From positions 9,705-73,704 of IMG/VR virus record IMGVR_UViG_3300033067_000628: 64,000 nt of DNA; one strand, 5' to 3'. Made by a program: the position numbers and the translations under genes. The notes below the pieces were generated by a model. It made no database searches. It saw only the letters and a list, made by a program, of their open reading frames with translations, and was not told the DNA's origin. Below are positions 46,745 through 56,020 of this stretch, one piece after another; within the stretch, counting starts at the first letter, position 1, and every line of letters starts with the position of its first letter. The stretch is from a virus. Its lineage: Duplodnaviria > Caudoviricetes.

Positions 46745-47508
46745 TATGGGAGTCTTTCATTAGGAGTCCAGATACCTGGGGCTTGTTTATTCTTATCTAT
46801 CTCAGTAGCTAAGCCATAAGGTACACTAGGATCTGTATAGCCTGCAGACTTCCAGGAGACAAAGGTCTCACCTCTATTAGGCGTAGGTAAGCTACCAAAA
46901 GAAAGCTTATGACGATCTACAGTAGATAGCTTATCTGGGAAAGCTAGATCATCCGGCGTCTTAGTCTTAGGGAAGTTAGCCAATAGCTTCTCTACATTAG
47001 AAGCTAAGAAAGGGGTGACGCTTTCTGCTACGTAAGTATATGTATACTCTTGATACATATCATCTACGGAGTAAGCAGTACCCCAGTTGATTATTCTGAC
47101 ACCTTCAATTACTTGCGCAGCTACTCCACCTGTTTCATTTTGAGCTGTGAGTATTATATCAAAGGCAGGCATACCATCTATATGCCAAGTGTCATCTTGT
47201 GTAGAGGAAGAGCTTAATGCGTCCTGAGCGAAGATCTCAGCAAAGGGATCCTCTTCAGCTACAATAAAGATGAGTGTACCTGCTACTGTTCGTGCACCCT
47301 TACCAAAAAAGCGGGGCCTTGATTCGCCACATCGTCTTACAGGTGATATAGAAGCAGTAGAGCTTACGGTTATAGTGTGTACGTTACTTGATAGCTTGAA
47401 TGGCTTTCTAGCTATAAGCGTAGGTTCAGATATAGGTATACTAAATATAACACCTATATCAGTACCATTAAAGGTCTGTAACTCAGAGTTCTTGGGAAGG
47501 TTAGCCAT
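46744..47508 (-). CDS. Tail tube paralog (minor tube protein), about 254 aa
   Basis: TFNGTDIG...SPVRRCGESRPRFFGKGARTVAGTLIFIV...AAQVIEGVRIINWGTAYSVDD aligns by eye with the major tube. I placed the start at MANLPK (47508) because the 47535 ATG lies inside the terminator. Confidence 0.75.
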   Translation of the reverse strand: MANLPKNSELQTFNGTDIGVIFSIPISEPTLIARKPFKLSSNVHTITVSSTASISPVRRCGESRPRFFGKGARTVAGTLIFIVAEEDPFAEIFAQDALSSSSTQDDTWHIDGMPAFDIILTAQNETGGVAAQVIEGVRIINWGTAYSVDDMYQEYTYTYVAESVTPFLASNVEKLLANFPKTKTPDDLAFPDKLSTVDRHKLSFGSLPTPNRGETFVSWKSAGYTDPSVPYGLATEIDKNKQAPGIWTPNERLP

Positions 47509-47512
47509 AGGT

Positions 47513-47548
47513 ATAAAATAAAGGCAGGGTGGCAAGAACCACCCTGCC
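47513..47548 (-). terminator. Rho-independent terminator after the tail tube gene
   Basis: Perfect 10-bp stem (GGCAGGGTGG 47523-47532 / CCACCCTGCC 47539-47548), 6-nt loop, then TTTATTTTAT on the minus strand. Confidence 0.85.
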
Positions 47549-47582
47549 CCACTATGAGGTTACAACCAAGGTAGCGGCCCTA

Positions 47583-48254
47583 TTAGGGCTTGTCGGCCTG
47601 GCCGATTGTAAAGCCAGGTATTTCAACTGGAGCAAACGCTTGCCATGGTGTGATACCACGAGCGATGAATGTGCAGGCTTCATCTGTAGTGATATCATCA
47701 ATGCTCATACCAGAGCCACAGTTGAGTATTTCTACTCCGTGGACTCTCATTACGGCATTGTTACCATACTCGCTAACAGCAGTGATAACTATCTCGAATG
47801 GCAGGATCTGGTCATGGTACATAGGACGAGCTAGTACCTTGTCCAGGCTGATTTGATTAAGACCATTGTTGCCAATGGCAGAACCGAATGTACCTGCAAG
47901 AGATGTTAAACCACTGACAGTAAGGGCAGGGACAGTTGCTCTTACACCAATCGTATCTGCTAGGATACCTGCTGGTTCGTTTACCCAGGCGAGGAAGCCT
48001 GTGTCACCGAATGCATCAAGCATTGCTGATCTATCAAATACCATGAAGATAAGAGAGCCGGCTATGCCTCTCTTACCTCTTGAGAAAGAACGAGGGTCAG
48101 CAGCACCCATTGTGTAGATCGGAGCCTTCTCTCTCTGAACAGTATAGCTGATCCCCTGGATCTCACCAACAAGGTGGCCACCGAGAGTGACCATCATGTC
48201 TGTGCCAGAGAAAGAGTTATATGTCTTAGAGAAGCTCGACATTGTATTAGTCAT
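47583..48254 (-). CDS. Major tail tube protein, 223 aa
   Basis: SFSGTDMMV...EIQGISYTVQREKAPIYTMGAADPRSFSRGKRGIAGSLIF. Immediately downstream of the sheath, with a strong SD and its own terminator. Confidence 0.85.
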   Translation of the reverse strand: MTNTMSSFSKTYNSFSGTDMMVTLGGHLVGEIQGISYTVQREKAPIYTMGAADPRSFSRGKRGIAGSLIFMVFDRSAMLDAFGDTGFLAWVNEPAGILADTIGVRATVPALTVSGLTSLAGTFGSAIGNNGLNQISLDKVLARPMYHDQILPFEIVITAVSEYGNNAVMRVHGVEILNCGSGMSIDDITTDEACTFIARGITPWQAFAPVEIPGFTIGQADKP

Positions 48255-48260
48255 ACTTTA

Positions 48261-48267
48261 CTCCTTT
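48261..48267 (-). promoter_or_regulatory. Shine-Dalgarno (AAAGGAG) for the tail tube gene
   Basis: AAAGGAG lies 6 nt upstream of the ATG at 48254. Confidence 0.75.
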
Positions 48268-48273
48268 ACTAGC

Positions 48274-49803
48274 TTATAGTTCCTTGGCTAGTGAGATATT
48301 AACGTTAATATTGGTAAGCTCGAATGCCGGAACGAGAGTCAAGTCTACCGTGGACTCACCCAAGACCTGTTGGTCTGGTGAAGCCGAAACGAAGAATCTA
48401 TAAGCTGTGATAGCTCTAGCTTGCTTCATTTGTCTAAGTGCCTTGTCAATTTCAGCTGACAAAGCATTGCGTGATGGAGCAGTGTTTGGCTCACCAATAA
48501 ATCTATCACCAATAGAACGTATGATCTCGATAGTAGCATCTACGATACGTTGTGTTGATAGAAGATTAAAGTCTGAGCGTACGTACTTGCTAACATTGTG
48601 AGCACCAGTTACACCCTTAGACACAACGAAGCCGTTTGATCTTGTTTGGAAACAAGTTAAACGTCTACCAGTCAATCTGTTGCACTGTGATGCAGACAGG
48701 TTATTGGCAGGAGCAAGGTTTGGAATTTGCTTGTTCGTTGTAGCTGATTGAGGTGGAAGTGTGCTAATCAAGCCAGCATAAGCTGCAGCACCGTTTGTGT
48801 TATAGCGTGTTTCATCTGCACCAGCACCAAGAGTCAATGCCATTCTTGGTGTTGTTACTGAAGCTGTCTTCAAAGGTGAAGCAATAACGACGAGTCTGTT
48901 ACCAGCATCGACTCTATTGTTTCTTTGGTCAACTACTGGAGAGCCAGCAGTATCCTTACCTTGGAAGTATGTCCAGTAAGCAGAGTTAACTGCAGTAGCA
49001 GAGTTGGCTAGGGTTAGCCAAGACTGATAACTACCATTGGTATCTTCTGATCCAGCTAAGAAGCCAGAGAAGGTTGGTATAGCAGCCAAGCTAACGAGAG
49101 GTGTGCCGCCTGTTCTTGTTAGATACCTTTCCCATTCTGCAACGAGTGCAGTAGAGGTATCACCAAAGAACAAGGTAGAGTTAGCTGTGTTGAGTGCAGT
49201 TACCTCACCGCTCAGTGCAGCAGAGATAGAAGCACTACCTGTTAGTGTGGTCTTGTATGTTGCAGCCCAGTGTATTGGAGGCATTACACCTATTACACCA
49301 ATGCATGGGTTGTCTGTGTTTGAAGCAGCACCATAGCAGAACTGTGCAAGTTGATCAGTGAACTTGCCAGACACACCAGTCGCGTCTGCCCATGCGTTAA
49401 CAGGGACAACTACGTCTAGAGGTCTGTCTGCTATTGCGTCGTATGCCAAAGCTAAGTCAGCGTAACGTAGAGAAGCACCATTGCCAACTGGACTGATATA
49501 TGAGTCCAGAGCAGCACCACTATAGTTACCAATGACTACAACTTCAACAGTACCAGCACCGGCCCCGTATGCTTCTTCAATTGCAAGTGCGAGCTCACCA
49601 GGGAAGACCCCAGAAGCACCACTAAAATATAATGCAGCAGCGGCTGCTCCTACGTTTGACACTATCTGAGGTTCTCTCAGAGCTATACCTGTGTTAGAGG
49701 TAACACCAAGTAGTGTAACTTTAGGACCAGCGGGAGGCGGTGCAATCTGTAAGCCAAGGTCATTGAGTGTTACCGCAAGACCCGGAATGTTCGGATAAGC
49801 CAT
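48274..49803 (-). CDS. Contractile tail sheath protein, 509 aa
   Basis: N-terminal MAYPNIPGLAVTLND. C-terminal LLSTQRIVDATIEIIR...RNALSAEIDKAL...VDLTLVPAFELTNINVNISL sheath domain. Confidence 0.92.
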   Translation of the reverse strand: MAYPNIPGLAVTLNDLGLQIAPPPAGPKVTLLGVTSNTGIALREPQIVSNVGAAAAALYFSGASGVFPGELALAIEEAYGAGAGTVEVVVIGNYSGAALDSYISPVGNGASLRYADLALAYDAIADRPLDVVVPVNAWADATGVSGKFTDQLAQFCYGAASNTDNPCIGVIGVMPPIHWAATYKTTLTGSASISAALSGEVTALNTANSTLFFGDTSTALVAEWERYLTRTGGTPLVSLAAIPTFSGFLAGSEDTNGSYQSWLTLANSATAVNSAYWTYFQGKDTAGSPVVDQRNNRVDAGNRLVVIASPLKTASVTTPRMALTLGAGADETRYNTNGAAAYAGLISTLPPQSATTNKQIPNLAPANNLSASQCNRLTGRRLTCFQTRSNGFVVSKGVTGAHNVSKYVRSDFNLLSTQRIVDATIEIIRSIGDRFIGEPNTAPSRNALSAEIDKALRQMKQARAITAYRFFVSASPDQQVLGESTVDLTLVPAFELTNINVNISLAKEL

Positions 49804-49810
49804 ATCTTAT

Positions 49811-49815
49811 CTCCT
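49811..49815 (-). promoter_or_regulatory. Shine-Dalgarno (AGGAG) for the sheath gene
   Basis: AGGAG overlaps the upstream TAG and lies 7 nt before the ATG at 49803. Confidence 0.7.
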
Positions 49816-50896
49816 AAGAAAGATTGCCATCGTTTATTGTTAAATCACCAAATAAGTAATTGCCATTAGAGTCTCTGAACAACGCATTGTATTCTTGATC
49901 TGAGATCGGGCCAGCAATCTTTTGATCAGCAATATAACGTTCGGTATCATCACTGATACCTTCTGAAAGATCAATATTATAATCTATCTTTGTCAAATCT
50001 CTACGAACAACTTCATCAATTTCTTCGGTTCTAAAATAGAACTGTACCGTTCTTACTACGAGATCTTGCCTCCACTTCGAAACAGTAGCATCTTTCAGGC
50101 GCTGCCAATAGATAATCTGCTGGACGCCATTCTTCTTCAGGACCCATTGATAAAGATTCATAAACTTCTCAAACCAATTAACCAGACGATTGGCAGTGAA
50201 GTTATCGAGCGTGCAGCAGTCGAACTGCACTAGGTTGTCAAAAGATTGTGCGTATATCTCTACAGTATGAGCTGGGTTAGAGTCAAACTTAACAGATTCA
50301 CGCAATCTCTTTCGGTAGTCTTTTTGAGGACCAAAGGGTGTTTTCCCGATGCTCCCAGGTTCTTTCCGTACTAAAGAATATACTATTGTGGGCTGCATAG
50401 GCCCCTTGTCAATCATTATACCAGCAGAGGTTTGGCCTTCATTGCCAACCATGTTAGGTGACTCTTCAGTGAAGCGAACTCTATGAGTGCTATCTAAGAG
50501 CTCAAGCTTTTCAGACTTAAGAGTCTCTGGCGGTGTGATACAGACAAGACGTACTAAGCCTTCCCATTTCTTTGTAATGGGATTGACTATTGTTTCTTTA
50601 ACGGTATAGATCTCGCCTGTGGTTTGGTTTTTAATACGTTCACCAGGCTGAGGTTCATGAAACAGATTAGGCATTAACAATAATGACTTATCTGACTTAT
50701 TAGTAACGTATGTTGATTGATACTTATTAAGCAGTATAGAGATGAGTATCATTGACTCATCAAAGTTAACTACCCTATCAGCCCGCATCTTGCGTAGTGG
50801 GTAGCTATAATGTGAACTTACCCTGTAGGCTGCAATGAGATCTACAGGGTCTTCTAAGTTAGAAGGTCTACCAAAGCTATCGTTTGATTGTGACAT
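49814..50896 (-). CDS. Tail terminator/completion (neck) protein, 360 aa
   Basis: Directly upstream of the sheath. QSFDNLVQFDCCTLDNFTANRLVNWFEKFM...VRTVQFYFRTEE fits a terminator-type fold. Confidence 0.6.
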   Translation of the reverse strand: MSQSNDSFGRPSNLEDPVDLIAAYRVSSHYSYPLRKMRADRVVNFDESMILISILLNKYQSTYVTNKSDKSLLLMPNLFHEPQPGERIKNQTTGEIYTVKETIVNPITKKWEGLVRLVCITPPETLKSEKLELLDSTHRVRFTEESPNMVGNEGQTSAGIMIDKGPMQPTIVYSLVRKEPGSIGKTPFGPQKDYRKRLRESVKFDSNPAHTVEIYAQSFDNLVQFDCCTLDNFTANRLVNWFEKFMNLYQWVLKKNGVQQIIYWQRLKDATVSKWRQDLVVRTVQFYFRTEEIDEVVRRDLTKIDYNIDLSEGISDDTERYIADQKIAGPISDQEYNALFRDSNGNYLFGDLTINDGNLS

Positions 50897-51387
50897 TAAG
50901 GCCTTTGAAAGTTCTTCTCTGATACATTACAATGCCAATACTCTATACGACCATTGTTATCACCAGGCATTGGCAATGCATTCTCTATCTTGAAAGAACG
51001 TATAACTTTGAATGGCTGTACAGGTTGGTTATTGGCATTAAGCTCTAGCTCTAATATCCAATCAGTATTCTTTGGCTCTGCTTGGTACTGTAGTATATAC
51101 ACCTGTACTTGGGTATTGATTATACCAACAGGCGTTCTGAAATCAACCCCAGGCTGTAATTCAAATCGATAACCTTGTACTAAGTTATCAATGAAGCTAT
51201 AGCCTATATTCATACAGGACTTGCAAGTAGCCCGGGGCTGATTATGAAACTCATCGTTAACCTGGGTACACTCAGTGCATGGTTTCGTTAAGTCAGCTAT
51301 TCTAATAGCTACCCAACGATGGTGCAAGCCTAGCTTCTGAAGAAGCTTAAGCTCTTTCCTAAAGTCTATCCAAGTTAAACGAGTCAT
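50896..51387 (-). CDS. Head closure (stopper)-like neck protein with a CxxC...CxxC zinc site, 163 aa
   Basis: KPCTECT...TCKSCMNIGYSF, then beta-rich EPKNTDWILEL...RIEYWHC. Neck position. Confidence 0.6.
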   Translation of the reverse strand: MTRLTWIDFRKELKLLQKLGLHHRWVAIRIADLTKPCTECTQVNDEFHNQPRATCKSCMNIGYSFIDNLVQGYRFELQPGVDFRTPVGIINTQVQVYILQYQAEPKNTDWILELELNANNQPVQPFKVIRSFKIENALPMPGDNNGRIEYWHCNVSEKNFQRP

Positions 51388-51587
51388 TACTGAGCAGTCT
51401 TACCTAAGATTTTAATCTCTGGTGTTAGAGGTGCTATGCCAACTCTCTCTTTGTTAAGAGGATTGATTGGAGCAACAAAGCCTTGAGGACCGCCAGGTTG
51501 GCCTGCTGCTTTATTTTGATTCATCTCTTGCATGACCTGGTTAATTATCTTGAGATGTTCTGGATTATTTTGTGATTGTGGTATCAT
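51387..51587 (-). CDS. Hypothetical Q/N/P-rich small protein, 66 aa
   Basis: Fills the gap exactly; TAATG coupling downstream. Confidence 0.6.
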   Translation of the reverse strand: MIPQSQNNPEHLKIINQVMQEMNQNKAAGQPGGPQGFVAPINPLNKERVGIAPLTPEIKILGKTAQ

Positions 51588-51589
51588 AG

Positions 51590-52948
51590 TTACATTGGGT
51601 ATTGGTAAGGGACATTGGAAGCCTGACGGTTCAATAGCGTATTAGACATAGGTATGTTTTCTTGCCAGTACTTAAATCTAATATCACATATAGCAGGGTG
51701 AACACCATGCCACAACCGATCAGGCGTATATGGTATATAGATTGCATTATCTATACGAGCTATAAGCTTCTTAACAGCATCAATAGCATCCAATGCATCT
51801 TGTGCTTCTTCTAAGGCACGCTTGTACTTAAGAGCTTGCTGACCTACTAAGTAGTCTATAGATATATCAAAGTCACCAAGGCGTCTTCTAGTACCGGCAA
51901 CTAAGGCTTTCTCTAGCTCCTTATCGTCAAGGATATCAAGTATAGTTTGGTTAACTACATACTTGTATGCTATATACTGTGGAGAGCCAGGATTAAAAGC
52001 GGGCCATCTTTGAATGACTATGATTGTGTTCTTCAAAAGCAATGATGCAATATACTCATCATTGAGCTCATCAGATGCAGCAGACAGTTCATTCCTTAGG
52101 TAGTTAGGTCCAGATATCTTAGGATATCTATCAGTAGTAAATGAAAGCTTATAAGCATTAGGGCCTAGCTGTGTGCCAGCAGTAGAGGTTATACTCTCAC
52201 TGAGCTTTACTTGAACAGCAGCATTCTTTGGAATCTCTGCATCAAAGTTAATATACAGATACTGTCCTGATACAGACAAGCCTGTCATATTAGGTATGGT
52301 ACCAGTACCAAAGGTTGTACCACTAGCAAGGTACAGATCCATATCCATCATTGGATATACATTGACTGAAGCCCAGTCCTGTGTAAGGCCAGATAGAGCT
52401 GTATTAAACTTTATGTAGCATTGGTTATATCCATTAATGCTACCGGATACATCTGCTGTATGGTTCTTAGGAAAGCTAGTCTCTACTGCTAGATCTCCAA
52501 GAGCTTTTACGTTAACTGGTAACCTTAGGTCACCTTCAAGAGAAAGGTCGGCCGAGTCTTTATCTACTCTAGAGTCATCTATATAGATTCTAGTACCAGT
52601 AGTAAATAGAACTTCTAGTGTATCAGTAAGTACATCACCAGAACCAGATTCAGTTATAACGTAGCTAGAGCTGATAGCAGCATCAGTACCAGGGAACCGT
52701 ATTGAATAGACTGTATTCTCAGCTAATACACTTAGCTGTGTAATAGTCACAACTCTAGTTGTGGTATTATAAGATACATCTATAGGTACTACACTTTGTG
52801 TAGCTACATTATATAGCTGTACAGAGTTAAGGGTAATTGAAGAGGATGTCAGTCCTGGAGAAGCAAACGTAACATACAAAGGAACGTTAAGGAAAACGTC
52901 ACTAGCGTTTGCTAAAGGATTGCTTGTAGAGATTACAGGTACTGACAT
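51590..52948 (-). CDS. Probable head-tail adaptor with N-terminal Ig-like (Big_5/SbsA-type) domains, 452 aa
   Basis: SNPLANASDVFLNVPLYVTF...SYNTTTRVVTITQLSVLAENTVYSI fits a Big_5-type domain. The helical C-terminal part contains RRRLGDFDISIDY. Confidence 0.6.
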   Translation of the reverse strand: MSVPVISTSNPLANASDVFLNVPLYVTFASPGLTSSSITLNSVQLYNVATQSVVPIDVSYNTTTRVVTITQLSVLAENTVYSIRFPGTDAAISSSYVITESGSGDVLTDTLEVLFTTGTRIYIDDSRVDKDSADLSLEGDLRLPVNVKALGDLAVETSFPKNHTADVSGSINGYNQCYIKFNTALSGLTQDWASVNVYPMMDMDLYLASGTTFGTGTIPNMTGLSVSGQYLYINFDAEIPKNAAVQVKLSESITSTAGTQLGPNAYKLSFTTDRYPKISGPNYLRNELSAASDELNDEYIASLLLKNTIIVIQRWPAFNPGSPQYIAYKYVVNQTILDILDDKELEKALVAGTRRRLGDFDISIDYLVGQQALKYKRALEEAQDALDAIDAVKKLIARIDNAIYIPYTPDRLWHGVHPAICDIRFKYWQENIPMSNTLLNRQASNVPYQYPM

Positions 52949-52957
52949 CGTTTAGCC

Positions 52958-53614
52958 TTATGCTCCGAGGAAGTCGTCTATTGCTTTATTCTTTTGAGCA
53001 GCAGTAAGAGGAGTTTCTATTTCAGATATATCTTTACCCTTACCTTTGCCTTTTCGTTTATCAGCAGGACGGCTATCACTCTGGATAACTTTTGTAGTTG
53101 GATCTATTGTAACTACGTACGCTTCTGGGTCATCTTCACGATCTTCTACTACATAGTCTGGACCTTCATATGCACTAAGGCCAGCTTTAAGGAAGGTAAT
53201 CCAATCAGCCCGGTTTCTTACCTTCTGCTCATCAGCTATACAAGCTGAGAGAATCTCTTTAGCAGAATAGTTGCCTTCAGACTTCTTATGTACAAGATCA
53301 ATAAATGGTGCTTTGTTAGGAGGAGTTAAAGTGCGTCTCAATAGGGCTAGATACTTTGGTATCGTATTGTCATCCTTTTGCTTAGCAGGTATATATACCT
53401 TACCCGGGACGAGAGTGCCAGTATTGATTGCACCTTGAAGCTGCATTGCTTCAGTATCCGTAAGGCCTTCTGGAATCACAAGGCACCAAGCCTTTGCCGT
53501 AAACCATACCTTAGGCTGCTTATCGCCTATACCAAGTATAGATGCCTTACGTTGATCGAGGGAAAAGATGGCACCTGCAAAGTTTTTAATGTTACCTAGT
53601 TTTTGTTCAGTCAT
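52958..53614 (-). CDS. Hypothetical protein downstream of the MCP, 218 aa
   Basis: ORF fits the operon; no motif recognised. Confidence 0.65.
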   Translation of the reverse strand: MTEQKLGNIKNFAGAIFSLDQRKASILGIGDKQPKVWFTAKAWCLVIPEGLTDTEAMQLQGAINTGTLVPGKVYIPAKQKDDNTIPKYLALLRRTLTPPNKAPFIDLVHKKSEGNYSAKEILSACIADEQKVRNRADWITFLKAGLSAYEGPDYVVEDREDDPEAYVVTIDPTTKVIQSDSRPADKRKGKGKGKDISEIETPLTAAQKNKAIDDFLGA

Positions 53615-53625
53615 AGTGTTAACCT

Positions 53626-53665
53626 AATAGAAGAAAGCCCCTGGGAGGATTTCCTCCCAAGGGCT
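53626..53665 (-). terminator. Rho-independent terminator after the major capsid gene
   Basis: 13-bp stem at 53636-53665 (minus-strand RNA AGCCCUUGGGAGG-AAAU-CCUCCCAGGGGCU). Its single irregular pair is a G-U wobble in this orientation. Followed by UUCUUCUAUU. Confidence 0.85.
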
Positions 53666-53697
53666 ACTTTTTACGTTACTCTATGTCAGCTCAGGGC

Positions 53698-55092
53698 TTA
53701 GTAGGTTGCGTTGAACAGAGCAGACTGGTTACCACCATAATCACCAGTGAAGCTATTTGTGAGACCAGTGAGGTCAATATTGGTTTGAACGTTGTGACCG
53801 TAGTCGAAGTTCTTACCGAGGTAAACACCTTTGATTATACCCATACCTTGACCGTTATTGATTGCAGCCATGCCATAACGTTCACGAAGTTTTGTCTTCA
53901 TGATATCATGGGCTGGATCGTTCCAGGTTTCTGTTTGGACAGTCTCGTCAACTACTAGCACACCCATTTCATTGGAATTGCACAAGATCATGTCTGTGAC
54001 GTTTTGTGTAGCGTCATATGGCATGTAAGGTGAAACAACAATTCTGAATGGATATGGGAACATAGACGGCATATTGGTATATGTCGTGGCTAGTTGCTGT
54101 GGTGCAGTAACCTGGGTGTTTTGGAGTAAACCATTCATTCCAGAGCTACGCCACTGAGGTGCATTACCTGGCATACCTTGCATATGACTCCACATGGCCC
54201 CGCCATTATGGAAGCCGAATACTCTTTGGAGAGCTTCGTCTGCGAAGATAGTCCAAGCGAATGGGTTCATGATGAGAGTATCAGGAATGAACCCTCTAGT
54301 GACCATGAGAGCATATGCCTTGAAGAAGTCATCAAGGGTTATGCAACCATTGTAACCACCATTGGCATTACGGCCAGTTGTGTGGAGATAGGTCGTGCTG
54401 TTTGCAGTGTTATCGAAGAGTGTGTTGGTAGAACCAGCAGTATCGAGAATGAGTTTGGCAACCTTGTATTCCTTCCAACGGATCAAGGCCTTACCCGCTG
54501 CGCGCAAGTGCATAGACATTACATCGTAGAGTGAGTAGCGAATCATTTCTTCTGAGAACTTGACTGCGACACCGCTCTTACCGATGGTTGCTACGACTTG
54601 ACCAGCGAATTCCAAACTACGTTCTGGGTATTCGCCACCTTCTGGGATATCTGATGCGGTGATGGCACCGACAGATGGGAAGGTTAGCTGACTACCGTGC
54701 TGGTAGGCAATTGTTTGCAACATAGGTGTTAAGACTATGTTAGGTTCAATTGCTTCCTTTACAACTTCAGAGATAACACGAGGGATCAGAAGTGGGTGGT
54801 CGTTTGAGAACGAGTCACGCATTTCCTTGCTGTGTTTGCTATCAATCTCGCAGAGGTCCTTATAGAGGACTCTCTTGCCACGAGCAAGACCCGGGATTAC
54901 ACCGTTGTCTTTCCAGAGCTGTACGGCCTTCTTAAGAACCTTGCTGTCTTTTTGGACAACATCATTCTTACCTTTGGTGTCAACTAACTCTGCATCGCCA
55001 AGCTTGGCTTTGAGACTGTTCAGTTCGTCTGTAAGGTTAACGATTACCTTTGCTTGATCGGTATCGAAAACTTCTGTTAATTTCTTTTCCAT
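53698..55092 (-). CDS. Major capsid protein (HK97 fold), 464 aa
   Basis: LLIPRVISEVVKEAIEP...IPEGGEYPERSL...GKSGVAVKFSEEMIR...PDTLIMNPFAW...TKLRERYG. Strong SD and a downstream terminator. Confidence 0.92.
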   Translation of the reverse strand: MEKKLTEVFDTDQAKVIVNLTDELNSLKAKLGDAELVDTKGKNDVVQKDSKVLKKAVQLWKDNGVIPGLARGKRVLYKDLCEIDSKHSKEMRDSFSNDHPLLIPRVISEVVKEAIEPNIVLTPMLQTIAYQHGSQLTFPSVGAITASDIPEGGEYPERSLEFAGQVVATIGKSGVAVKFSEEMIRYSLYDVMSMHLRAAGKALIRWKEYKVAKLILDTAGSTNTLFDNTANSTTYLHTTGRNANGGYNGCITLDDFFKAYALMVTRGFIPDTLIMNPFAWTIFADEALQRVFGFHNGGAMWSHMQGMPGNAPQWRSSGMNGLLQNTQVTAPQQLATTYTNMPSMFPYPFRIVVSPYMPYDATQNVTDMILCNSNEMGVLVVDETVQTETWNDPAHDIMKTKLRERYGMAAINNGQGMGIIKGVYLGKNFDYGHNVQTNIDLTGLTNSFTGDYGGNQSALFNATY

Positions 55093-55103
55093 GTTTATGT
55101 CGT

Positions 55104-55110
55104 CTCCTTA
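55104..55110 (-). promoter_or_regulatory. Shine-Dalgarno (TAAGGAG) for the MCP gene
   Basis: TAAGGAG lies 11 nt upstream of the ATG at 55092. Confidence 0.75.
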
Positions 55111-55989
55111 TTATAGGCGAACCAAGATGTTGAGTGCGTAGTAAGTACCAGCAGAGTCAGATCTTGCATCGAGTAGCCAAGTAGGGACACCCTTTGTACC
55201 GGAACCTGCGTTACCTAAGCCAGGTACAGTTTGAACCTTATCAAGGCCCTTAAACTCATTCTGACCTTCTGCAGTCAAAGAATAAGCTGTATCGTCCTTG
55301 AGCTTAGTACCAGCGACGGCAGTACCGCGAGAGAACGTAAGCTTGTTGTAGCAACGGCCAACAATGAAAGGAATAGAAGCGGTTGTACCGTCCCATTTCT
55401 GGAGACGACCCATTACGTTATCCAACTGAGATGCTGTTGCGAGAGAGTTTGGTCTACCTGCGTACTTACCAGCAGTGCTGACTTGTACAAGGTCACCAGG
55501 ACGTATTGCTCTTTCGTTTGCAGTAATAGCTGGGATCTGAATCATATAGTCAGTCAAGACACCAATGTTGTCGTTCCGTTTGTAGTTAACAAACTGAGCT
55601 TGGAGCATGAATGAATATACTTTGTTGTATATAACACCGAGTGGGTTAACTGGACCAGCAGTGATTGTTTGTGCAGTACCGCTGGTGTTGGCGCCTAGAA
55701 GGCCCCACTTGGTATCGTTTGAATCGAAGTAGAAAGACAGGTAGTCTGTACCTGTTTGTGTGTGTGCGGGGAATATCTTGCCTGATGCAGTGCCACCTGT
55801 TGCTAGACCTACGAAGGTTCCTGGCATTAGGACGACTGGGTCGTCGTGTATTTCATCAATTACGTGTGGAGGAAGACCTGTCCAGGCTTCCATAGGTATC
55901 GCACTTGCTTGCGTGCGCTTACCTTCCATGAGTTCTTGATACTGGGGTACATCTACGGCATAACCACGCGGGATACGAAAACTAGCCAT
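55111..55989 (-). CDS. Probable head decoration/cement protein, 292 aa
   Basis: Between protease and MCP, with its own SD. Gly/Thr-rich beta content; AIRPGDLVQV motif. Confidence 0.6.
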   Translation of the reverse strand: MASFRIPRGYAVDVPQYQELMEGKRTQASAIPMEAWTGLPPHVIDEIHDDPVVLMPGTFVGLATGGTASGKIFPAHTQTGTDYLSFYFDSNDTKWGLLGANTSGTAQTITAGPVNPLGVIYNKVYSFMLQAQFVNYKRNDNIGVLTDYMIQIPAITANERAIRPGDLVQVSTAGKYAGRPNSLATASQLDNVMGRLQKWDGTTASIPFIVGRCYNKLTFSRGTAVAGTKLKDDTAYSLTAEGQNEFKGLDKVQTVPGLGNAGSGTKGVPTWLLDARSDSAGTYYALNILVRL

Positions 55990-55999
55990 ATTAGGTTAT

Positions 56000-56004
56000 C
56001 TCCT
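56000..56004 (-). promoter_or_regulatory. Shine-Dalgarno (AGGAG) for the decoration gene
   Basis: AGGAG lies 10 nt upstream of the ATG at 55989. Confidence 0.7.
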
Positions 56005-56020
56005 ATAATATGTGTGAGGG

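Noticed and set aside
47509-47535. Longer N-terminus MPPCLYFIP for the tube paralog
   Set aside because: That ATG-to-ATG stretch lies within the terminator hairpin and U-tract.
47577-47589. Short palindrome GCCCTA-T-TAGGGC over the tube stop codon
   Set aside because: Six-bp arms with a 1-nt loop cannot form a stable hairpin; likely chance.
25601-49803. Bacterial contractile injection system (eCIS/T6SS/tailocin) instead of a phage
   Set aside because: Terminase, portal, protease and major capsid genes are in the same operon.
55990-56020. Possible late promoter (TATTATA) upstream of the decoration gene
   Set aside because: A single AT-rich hexamer. I found no matching motif in other intergenic gaps.
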